A program made the position numbers and the translations under genes. The notes beneath the pieces were generated by a model, which had not been told where the DNA came from, did not search any database, and worked only from the letters and a program-made list of their open reading frames with translations. A stretch of 63,627 bases of DNA, counting the filler, from Octopus bimaculoides (taxonomy: Eukaryota): the NCBI RefSeq assembly GCF_001194135.2. It is 11 parts of 11 records of this genome, joined end to end, with 100 filler letters (N's around TTAATTAATTAA, not from the genome) between each part and the next. Parts side by side here need not be neighbours in the genome. Positions count along the whole stretch, not along the records: positions 51,336 to 54,431 come from NC_068984.1; positions 54,532 to 60,209 come from NW_026412760.1; positions 60,310 to 62,444 come from NC_068998.1; positions 62,545 to 63,627 come from NW_026434179.1; 7 more parts are not named here. One strand, written 5' to 3'. Shown piece by piece: positions 54,141-63,627 of this stretch (positions are counted from its first letter, which is position 1; each line of letters starts with the position of its first letter).

Positions 54141-54149
54141 GAGCACTAT

Positions 54150-54431
54150 ACTCTTTTACTTGTTTCAGTCATTTGACTGCAGCCATGCTGGAGCACCGCC
54201 TTTAGTCGAACAAATCGACCCCAGGACTTATTCTTTGTAAGCCTAGTACTTATTCTATCGGTCTATTTTGCCGAACCGCTAAGTTACAGGGACGTAAACA
54301 CACCAGCATCGATTGTCAACTGATGTTGGGGGGGGGGACAAACCCAGACACACAATCATATACACACACATACATATATACATATATACATATATACGAT
54401 GGGCTTCTTTCAGTTTCCGTCTACCAAATCC
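54150..54431 (-). mobile_element. SINE family B, young-looking copy cut by gap
   Basis: TACTTGTTTCAGTCATTTGACTGCAGCCATGCTGGAGCACCGCCTTTAGTCG...GGGCTTCTTTCAGTTTCCGTCTACCAAATCC. Confidence 0.92.
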
Positions 54432-57400
54432 NNNNNNNNNNNNNNNNNNNNNNNNNNNNNNNNNNNNNNNNNNNNTTAATTAATTAANNNNNNNNNNNNN
54501 NNNNNNNNNNNNNNNNNNNNNNNNNNNNNNNAAAAAAAAAAGAAAGAAAGAATAGTAATACTGATAGCTAGAGGGCTTAGATGGCTGGGATCTTCATTGA
54601 AAATGCTTGGTGAAAAGACAGTGAAAGGATCACTTGTCTGAAAACCTCATAGTGGAAGTATATTATAACAAATGTGTAAAGAAATGTTATACGAAATGTG
54701 ATAAGCATAAGAAGGGATATAAGTAGAACATAGACAAATGTGGTAGGGTGTGCGTTTGTGTATGTGTGTGTGTCTGTCTGTGTGTCTGTGTGTCTACGTG
54801 TATATATGTANNNNNNNNNNATGTGTGTGTGTCTGTCTGTGTGTCTGTGTGTCTACGTGTATATATGTATGTGTGTAGAGAAGGGTAGAATGGAACCGCC
54901 AAACAAATATAATTCGTGGTATTTGGTTACGGTCCGGTTATCTTCTTTTAGACGCGATCACTTGTTTCCTTTCACCAACGTTTCTTTTTTATCGTGTTCC
55001 GGATAACGTTTTTTACACGCACNNNNNNNNNNNNNNNNNNNNNNNNNNNNNNNNNNNNNNNNNNNNNNNNNNNNNNNNNNNNNNNNNNNNNNNNNNNNNN
55101 NNNNNNNNNNNNNNNNNNNNNNNNTGGACTCTCTGATCGAACTCAGAACCGTGCCATTCCGAAGTGAACTTCTTAAAACCTCCACCATATTTATAACTAG
55201 AAAACGTTGGGGTCTTTTACATAAAAGCAATATACATACATACATACATACATACATANNNNNNNNNNNNNNNNNNNNNNNNNNNNNNNNNNNNNNNNNN
55301 NNNNNNNNNNNNNNNNNNNNNNNNNNNNNNNNNNNNNNNNNNNNNNNNNNNNNNNNNNNNNNNNNNNNNNNNNNNNNNNNNNNNNNNNNNNNNNNNNNNN
55401 NNNNNNNNNNNNNNNNNNNNNNNNNNNNNNNNNNNNNNNNNNNNNCACTGAGAATAGTTAATATATATTTTATTATTATATTTAAAGATTTAACCGGTTT
55501 CATAGTTTACGCTGATTTTCAAAAAATTGAAATAGAAAGACGTAACTTATTTCGCAGCTGCCTGGCTTCTGACTAGTGTTTNNNNNNNNNNNNNNNNNNT
55601 GTCAGGTGTTTGTAAAGAATAAACAGGTAATTAAGTTTAGAACCTTCTGTATGTTTCCTGCATCGTCCGGGCTTTAGTGTCAAGTGGCTGTATATTTGCA
55701 TCTAAAAGGAAGGCCGACACNNNNNNNNNNNNNNNNNNNNNNNNNNNNNNNNNNNNNNNNNNNNNNNNNNNNNNNNNNNNNNNNNNNNNNNNNNNNNNNN
55801 NNNNNNNNNNNNNNNNNNNNNNNNNNNNNNNNNNNNNNNNNNNNNNNNNNNNNNNNNNNNNNNNNNNNNNNTTAGAAATGTTTATAGCTTCCCCGCTACA
55901 TCCTCGTGTTGGTATTGAGTGACAACGTTTAGTATCGTAAGTTAAGGTTGACACAGTTTGAATGAACAAGTCGAGTGGTAGTACTAAACAATCAATGCTC
56001 TGAATAGTTTCTGTCAAGTGTTTGTAGAGAATAAACACGTAATTANNNNNNNNNNNNNNNNNNNNNNNNNNNNNNNNNNNNNNNNNNNNNNNNNNNNNNN
56101 NNNNNNNNNNNNNNNNNNNNNNNNNNNNNNNNNNNNNNNNNNNNNNNNNNNNNNNNNNNNNNNNNNNNNNNNNNNNNNNNNNNNNNNNNNNNNNNNNNNN
56201 NNNNNNNNNNNNNNNNNNNNNNNNNNNNNNNNNNNNNNNNNTATATTAAGTGACAGGATGAGCTTTGTGTGTGTGAATAGTTATTTGTGTATGTACTTTG
56301 TTAAAGTTTGTTAGGTCTGGGTTTGTACTTTTGTATGAAAGTATTCCCTTTGTTTATCCGTGCTTCATCTGTAGTATTCACTGAAGATATGTCGAGTGGG
56401 AAGACCTGGAATTTGCGGGACTNNNNNNNNNNAAACGTAATAGACTGATTAACTGATTTAACTAAAGAGACAGAAATTTCCTTTATTGTGTTAATTACGC
56501 AGACACATATTTATATATAGTCCCACGTGATACATTTGGAACGCAACCGTGTGTCACTAAAATATACAAACTAAAAGGTTTGTATAGACTCTAAATTAAT
56601 GTAATAAACGAATTATCAAAAAAGGCAGAAATATACCTTTCTATTCAAATTACGATGAATGTAAACAAACAAATGAAGTTTGCTTTTAGAAGCATTGAGA
56701 TGTCTTAGAANNNNNNNNNNNNNNNNNNNNNNNNNNNNNNNNNNNNNNNNNNNNNNNNNNNNNNNNNNNNNNNNNNNNNNNNNNNNNNNNNNNNNNNNNN
56801 NNNNNNNNNNNNNNNNNNNNNNNNNNNNNNNNNNNNNNNNNNNNNNNNNNNNNNNNNNNNNNNNNNNNNNNNNNNNNNNNNNNNNNNNNNNNNNNNNNNN
56901 NNNNNNNNNNNNNNNNNNNNNNNNNNNNNNNNNNNNNNNNNNNNNNNNNNNNNNNNNNNNNNNNNNNNNNNNNNNNNNNNNNNNNNNNNNNNNNNNNNNN
57001 NNNNNNNNNNNNNNNNNNNNNNNNNNNNNNNNNNNNNNNNNNNNNNNNNNNNNNNNNNNNNNNNNNNNNNNNNNNNNNNNNNNNNNNNNNNNNNNNNNNN
57101 NNNNNNNNNNNNNNNNNNNNNNNNNNNNNNNNNNNNNNNNNNNNNNNNNNNNNNNNNNNNNNNNNNNNNNNNNNNNNNNNNNNNNNNNNNNNNNNNNNNN
57201 NNNNNNNNNNNNNNNNNNNNNNNNNNNNNNNNNNNNNNNNNNNNNNNNNNNNNNNNNNNNNNNNNNNNNNNNNNNNNNNNNNNNNNNNNNNNNNNNNNNN
57301 NNNNNNNNNNNNNNNNNNNNNNNNNNNNNNNNNNNNNNNNNNNNNNNNNNNNNNNNNNNNNNNNNNNNNNNNNNNNNNNNNNNNNNNNNNNNNNNNNNNN

Positions 57401-58023
57401 NNNNNNNNNNNNNNNNNNNNNNNNNNNNNNNNNNNNNNNNNNNNNNNNNNNNNNNNNNNNNNNNNNNNNNNNNNNNNNNNNNNNNNNNNNNNNNNNNNNN
57501 NNNNNNNNNNNNNNNNNNNNNNNNNNNNNNNNNNNNNNNNNNNNNNNNNNNNNNNNNNNNNNNNNNNNNNNNNNNNNNNNNNNNNNNNNNNNNNNNNNNN
57601 NNNNNNNNNNNNNNNNNNNNNNNNNTACAGCCCTGACTTCTTTTTCTTCACCCTCATTTTCATGGGGAAGTATTGTTTGAGTTCACTTTCAATCTCACAC
57701 GCACTAGATTGGGTAGCTGACGGTCTGTTTTGTCGTGTTCAACTAGATGCATATTCAAAACTTTCAAAATGGTTCTTTTTCTTATATTTTCGTTCTTCTT
57801 AATGCTGTTGTTGTTTCGATTAGAAGCTTGTCATTTTGTATACCTGTCACTAATTTTCCAATAAATCTTAGCTTTTTTTTTTATATAGCACTAGGGTGTG
57901 ATTTAAAGGAATTTGGCTGCTATTTATTCTACGTCAAGTGGGCAGGTACAGAGTATCTTGTTGAATAATCTGAAGATTGTCACGGATAGTAACTGTTAGG
58001 ATTATGCTGATTGTAATAGCAAT

Positions 58024-59923
58024 TATAATGATGTAGGGCGGTGGTTTGACAGAATCGTTAGAGCAACGGAAAATGTCCTTTTTATAATAGGCACAAAGAC
58101 TGAAAATCGGAGTAAGGGGTCTAGTCGATTACAATACTCAACTGGTACTTATTTTAACGGCTTTGAAAGGACCAAAGATAAATTTGGCTTTAGTGAAATT
58201 TGAACTCAGATCGTTAAAGCCAGAAGACATGCCGTAAAGCAGTTGGGCGACGTGGTGACGATTTTGCCAGCTCTCCACATCAGATAAAACACCTTGCTGT
58301 ATTTTTTCCGTCTCTTTGAGTTCTGAGTTCAAATCACCGAGGTCTTCTTTGCCTTTCATCTTTTCGGGATTGGTGAAATGTAATACAGTATTAGTAAATC
58401 ACTAGAGTCTATTGTGTCCACTAATCCGTTCCTACCAAATTTCAGGTCTTATGTCTGTTCTAGTATAAATTACGATTATGACAGTTATGATGTGAACAAT
58501 GACGACAGCGATGACAAAGATAGGTATAATTAAGATGATGATGACGATGACAATATGGATGAAGGGAAGAATAACTATGACAAAGATGATGATAGCGACA
58601 ATATCCAAAATATCAGAAATATAAAAATCTGTTGTTCATTCAGGTTCCATTATTATTTTAAATTTATTTGCAGATTTGATCAAATGCTGAAATATGTTTA
58701 TTTTTCTTTATTAATTAAATCAATTATTCTGGCAGATCAGTAGATGTGGTTTCCCTGTTAACCTATGATTTCTATACACCTGGAACCTTCAAGCATGCAG
58801 CTCATACAAGTGCCCTCTATGCAGGAAATCATTCAGTAGGACCTGATATCATGAAAAATGTTGTAAGTAATTTTGTGTTCACGTATTTCATATACCACCT
58901 ATACTTTAATCTTGCTTCATACTCCTCTTCACTTTTTGCCGTCATCCTTTATGTAAAGCTCCACGCAAATTGTAATCTACCTTTGTAATGACCCTTCATC
59001 TGATACACCTGTGACAAATAAAAGAAATTGTTATTAAGGTGGTGAGCTGGCAGGATCGTTGACGCGCCGGACAAAAAGCTTAGCAGCTTTTCGATCTGAG
59101 TTCAAATCCTGCCGATATCGTCATTGTTTTTCATCCTTTCGGGGTCGATGAAATAAGTAGCAGTGAAGCACTGGGTTAACGAAATTGACTTCCACGTTCT
59201 CTTACAATACTGTTGCCGTAAGTCTAAATAATAATAATAATAATAATAACAATAGGACCTTTTGAGCGGGATGGGCTATTCGACCTGAAGAAAATTCTAA
59301 CTGANNNNNNNNNNNNNNNNNNNNNNNNNNNNNNNNNNNNNNNNNNNNNNNNNNNNNNNNNNNNNNNNNNNNNNNNNNNNNNNNNNNNNNNNNNNNNNNN
59401 NNNNNNNNNNNNNNNNNNNNNNNNNNNNNNNNNNNNNNNNNNNNNNNNNNNNNNNNNNNNNNNNNNNNNNNNNNNNNNNNNNNNNNNNNNNNNNNNNNNN
59501 NNNNNNNNNNNNNNNNNNNNNNNNNNNNNNNNNNNNNNNNNNNNNNNNNNCTTTCTACCAAAGGCACGAAGCCTGAAATTTTAGGAGAGGGGACTAGTTG
59601 ATTACTTCGACCACAGTGCTCGGCTGGTACTTATTTTATCAATTCTGAAAGGATGAAAGGCAAAGTCGACCTCGTCGGAATTTGAACTCAGAACNNNNNN
59701 NNNNNNNNNNNNNNNNNNNNNNNNNNNNNNNNNNNNNNNNNNNNNNNNNNNNNNNNNNNNNNNNNNNNNNNNNNNNNNNNNNNNNNNNNNNNNNNNNNNN
59801 NNNNNTTTTTTTACTAAAGGCACAAGGCCTGAAATTTGGGAAGAAGGAATAGTCAATTTGACGGGCGAAATACCGTTAAACATTTCATCCAGCGTGTTTA
59901 TGATTCAGCCAGCTCACCGCCTT
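58024..59923. mobile_element. Cluster of ~6 SINE family A copies in mixed orientation, plus a probable RTE 3' end (~58780-59035)
   Basis: Approximate copies: 58024-58075(+), 58079-58278(-), 58280-58475(+), 59038-59228(+), 59551-59694(-), 59806-59923(-). SSYKCPLCRKSFSR and an AATAAAAGAAATTGTTATTA end suggest a LINE tail. Confidence 0.8.
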
Positions 59924-60309
59924 AATAATAATAATAATAATAATAATAANNNNNNNNNNTAATAATAATAATAATAATAATAATAAAAGAAAAGGCATCG
60001 GAGGGGCGATGCATGCCATGTGTGCAGATAAATTTTTATCGCAAATTATAGCGTGGCTTACAATCCGTTGCTTACCAATACTTCTTAATTGAACTGAATT
60101 AATTTGATTTTTAAAAAATAAGCATTCTATGTAAGTATGTATGTATGTATACTCCGGTGAAATTAAGAAATCAACTTGTAAATAAGCGAAACCTTTGAAT
60201 CCATCAGTGNNNNNNNNNNNNNNNNNNNNNNNNNNNNNNNNNNNNNNNNNNNNTTAATTAATTAANNNNNNNNNNNNNNNNNNNNNNNNNNNNNNNNNNN
60301 NNNNNNNNN

Positions 60310-60515
60310 GTGGCACCTTGGGCAAGTCTTCTACTATAACCTCAGGTCAATAAAAGCCTTGTGAATGGATCTGGTAGATGGAATCTGAAAGAAGCCTGTG
60401 GTGTATGTATGTATGTATGTATGTATGTATTTGTGTATCTGTGTTTGTCCTCCCACCATCGCTTGACAATCGATGTTGGTGTTTACGTCCCCGTAACTTT
60501 GTAGTTCGGCAAAAG
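60310..60515 (+). mobile_element. SINE family B, 5'-gapped
   Basis: GTGGCACCTTGGGCAAGTCTTCTACTATA...CTGAAAGAAGCC...(TATG)n...GTTTACGTCCCCGTAACTT. Confidence 0.88.
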
Positions 60516-60656
60516 AGATATATACACATTCACTCTGACACACACACACACACACACATACATCTACTGAGCCAAATGTATAACATGCACAAACATCTGT
60601 ATGTCTGAGTGAGTTTGTTATTAAACTGGGAACCATAAGAAAAACTATAACTTTAC

Positions 60657-60759
60657 CTGCCAAGACAACCCAGGCCCATCCACGGTCTATAGGCCTTCTG
60701 TCCATATGCATTGTCTGTGTTGTTTCTTTCTCCATTGTGTCTTTATCGTTACTGTTCAT
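60657..60759 (-). CDS. SLC16/monocarboxylate-transporter-like gene, first coding exon
   Basis: MNSNDKDTMEKETTQTMHMDRRPIDRGWAWVVLA(G): PIDRGWAWVV is the MCT TM1 signature (PDGGWGWVV in vertebrates). Donor CAG|GTAAAG, phase 1; in-frame TAG upstream of the ATG. Confidence 0.82.
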
Positions 60760-61133
60760 CTCACTTTTTATACTCCAGGTAAATCCTTCACTGATTCTTG
60801 TCGGTTCGTTTTCTGCCTATGTACTTTCCCCAGCAACTTAGAGACCTTTTGAATGATAAATGAGAAATCATTATTGAGAAACATTTCGTTGTAATTTAAT
60901 ATCATTGTAACAATTTGTTTGGTATATGTACTAACAACAACAAGAAAACACACAAGCCCAACAACAACAACTAAAACACCAAAAGAAATATCAGTAACAG
61001 TAACAACAGCAACTGCAACAAATGAAACTTAACATACAAACAGTGACGTCAGTGCTTCAGTACATTTGAAGGAAGTCCGTCTATAATGGTGGGTGTTCTT
61101 GAGGAAACGCTGGGTGTTGATGAGGACTAACTG

Positions 61134-61541
61134 GTTTCATTTATATTCTTATAATATTAATGTAGGATATAGAATATACAGTATGTATAGTAAAATGAAA
61201 TGAAGTATTGATTGTCTTATTGAATAAATGAAATACTGAATATTGAATATTAAATATCAAATATTAAAGGACTAGTATACTTTCTTGCATTTTGGCAGTC
61301 TTCAAGGTCCCCATGTTGTGACAGGAATATTTCAACTGTTAAAACATTCCTGTCACTACATGGGACCTTGAAGACTGCTAAAATGCAAGAAAGTATACTA
61401 GTCCTTTAATATTTAAGTCCTTTGATATTTAATATTCAATATTTCATTTATTCAATAAGACAATCAATACTTCATTTCATTTTACTATATATACTATATA
61501 TTCTATATCCTTCATTAATATTATAAGAATATAAATAAAAC
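61134..61541. repeat. Spacer-less ~408 bp palindrome
   Basis: Arms of ~203 bp centred on 61337; manual alignment gives about 9 substitutions and 3 indels. Confidence 0.95.
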
Positions 61542-61604
61542 ATGAAAAACAGAGTTGGAATTCCTTTGAATAATATATTTCTCTATACACAATCATACAC
61601 ACCC

Positions 61605-61655
<51 letters not shown>

Positions 61656-62659
61656 TACATACATACATACATATGTGTATGCATGCATGCATGTATGTAT
61701 GTATGTATGTATTATGTAGGTATGTATGTATACATGTAGTACCCAAACCTGCAAGGGAGAATTTTAAATGACTTCAATGAGAATATAGTTAGGAAAAGAA
61801 CTTACTTCAAATAAAGTCTTTTCTTACATAAGTATTATAAGAAGTAACTAGATACAAAAATATACGGTGTATTAAAAAAATGAAGTGACTAAGTAGATAT
61901 AAAGTATTTAGTTACTAATTTCTGCAATTGTGTTGCTTTGTCTGTCTGCTGCTTATCTTATGTTAAAGCAAAGATATGTGTGGACAACACTGAGATGGAA
62001 TATATTAATATATCAACATATTTATGCATATTTATAGCTTTAATACATTAGACAGAGACCTTTGGCAAAATACTGTCTGAAAAGTCCTGTCAAGCCATGC
62101 AATCAATGCAGTTAGTTGTACCCTAGAACATAACTGAGAGCTACCATGTTATCCACCTGTATAATATATTCCTCTGAACTCAACGCAGAGTAGATGGAGC
62201 AGGGACAACTGAAGAAGGGAAATATTCTTTATGTTGCATGTCTCGTTTCTCTGTTTGTTTTTTTCGTTGTTCGAAAAAGAAGTTCGTTTTCTGTCTTCGT
62301 CTTTATGATTTCGTTTCTCATTGTGTTTAACGTTTTTTGTGATGTCCTGTACCCATATATGCATGTATGTATACATATAGATGTAGGTATGTACATATAT
62401 GTATGGATATATGCATATATTTATATATTATTTATGTTATTATANNNNNNNNNNNNNNNNNNNNNNNNNNNNNNNNNNNNNNNNNNNNTTAATTAATTAA
62501 NNNNNNNNNNNNNNNNNNNNNNNNNNNNNNNNNNNNNNNNNNNNGAGAGAGAGAGAGAAAGAGAGATAGTCAGAAAGAGAGCTAGATAGATAGATAGATA
62601 GATAGATAGATATAGATATGTGTGTGTATGTGTGTATGGGTGGGTCTGTGTTTGAACGT

Positions 62660-62903
62660 GTGCATTGTTATATTTGTGTTCTGTTCGTGCCTCACCACCA
62701 CATGACAAGCGAATTTGGTTTGGTGATATTCCCTTAACATGACGGTTTGGTGAAGAAAACGATAGAATTAGTGCCAGTCTTTAAATATGTAATGGATGGG
62801 ATGAATCTGTTAGAATAAAACCTTTGAAGTGGTGCATCAGCATAGTAATAGACCGATGGCTGAAAAATGTCGGGTGCATGTGTGTGTGTGTGAAAGTGTG
62901 TGT

Positions 62904-62968
<65 letters not shown>

Positions 62969-63385
62969 TGTAAGTCGCAGAAGTAGCCGTGTGATAAAAA
63001 AACCTTGCTTCTTAACTGTATGATTTCCGGTTCAGTCCCACTGCGTGGCACCTTGGGTGAGTGCCTTTTGCTATAGTCTCGGGCCGACCAAAACACTCGC
63101 AGCAAATTTGGTAGACGGAACTGAAAGAAGCCCATCGTATATATATAGCGATATGTATATGTGTGTGTACATGTATGCATGTATTTGTGTGTCTGTGTTT
63201 GTCCCCCACCATCACTTGACACTGAGTTGGTGTGCCTACCTCCCCGTAGCTTAGGGGTTCGGCCAAAAAGACCGATAGAATAAGTACAAAGCTTAAAAAG
63301 TTTAACTCATGGGGTCGATTAGTTCGACTAAAGGCGATGCTCCTGTATGGCTACAGTCAAATTTTTGAAACAATAAATGAATAAA
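62660..63385 (+). mobile_element. SINE family B: degenerate tail (~62660-62850) and full-length copy (~62985-63385)
   Basis: CCGGTTCAGTCCCACTGCGTGGCACCTTGGG...GACGGAACTGAAAGAAGCCCATCG(TA)n...CCGATAGAATAAGTAC...AAGGCGATGCTCC. Confidence 0.9.
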
Positions 63386-63477
63386 AAATATGTCTATACA
63401 AAAATATATTTGCATATGTGTGTGCACCTGCACGTTTGTGCGTACATTTATACATATATATACATACACACACACTT

Positions 63478-63530
<53 letters not shown>

Positions 63531-63627
63531 AACCATAACATTTCAGGAGGTATGAGCAGCAAATATATTTATTTCAGTATTTGGCGTCCTCAGGCTGACG
63601 CCCGGTTTCGCACACTTTTTTCAATTT

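Noticed and set aside
2854-57663. Long ORFs full of X (e.g. 2685-3773, 21914-22762, 48098-49009, 56680-57636)
   Set aside because: The ORF caller reads through N gaps. Only the Helitron and Penelope portions have real coding signal.
5315-62500. TTAATTAATTAA recurring ten times like a spaced repeat array
   Set aside because: Always centred in a run of N; a six-frame-stop scaffolding spacer, not biological.
63585-63627. GGCTGACGCCCGGTTTCGCACAC, weakly like an inverted Helitron end
   Set aside because: Truncated by the window edge; no hairpin/CTRR pairing can be confirmed.

Overview
Repeat-dense, gappy eukaryotic draft scaffold. The SINE families and dense di/tri/tetranucleotide microsatellites point to a coleoid cephalopod, most likely Octopus (inference, not database-checked). 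Two host genes are recognisable: (1) NATD1 (small GNAT-like protein, + strand), coding exons 1-2 at 29880-30027 and 32764-32888, last exon not found; (2) the first coding exon of an SLC16/monocarboxylate-transporter-like gene (- strand, 60759-60657), later exons not found. A third, unannotated candidate is a chain of very short + strand exons (31, 16 and 29 nt plus a terminal exon) at 10.7-13.1 kb that splice into one open frame. The rest is mobile DNA: a decayed Helitron 5' part with an internal tandem array, two Penelope-like elements (one with RT and endonuclease pointing in opposite directions), a near full-length dead mariner, RTE, CR1, HERO-like and R4-like LINE fragments, three tRNA-derived SINE families, and many foldback/MITE palindromes, including a spacer-less ~408 bp hairpin just upstream of the SLC16 start. 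Most supplied ORFs are microsatellite or N-gap artefacts. I cannot establish a new biological system from sequence alone. The best leads are the micro-exon gene, the possible dual-targeted NATD1 and the hairpin-rich pre-mRNA region.
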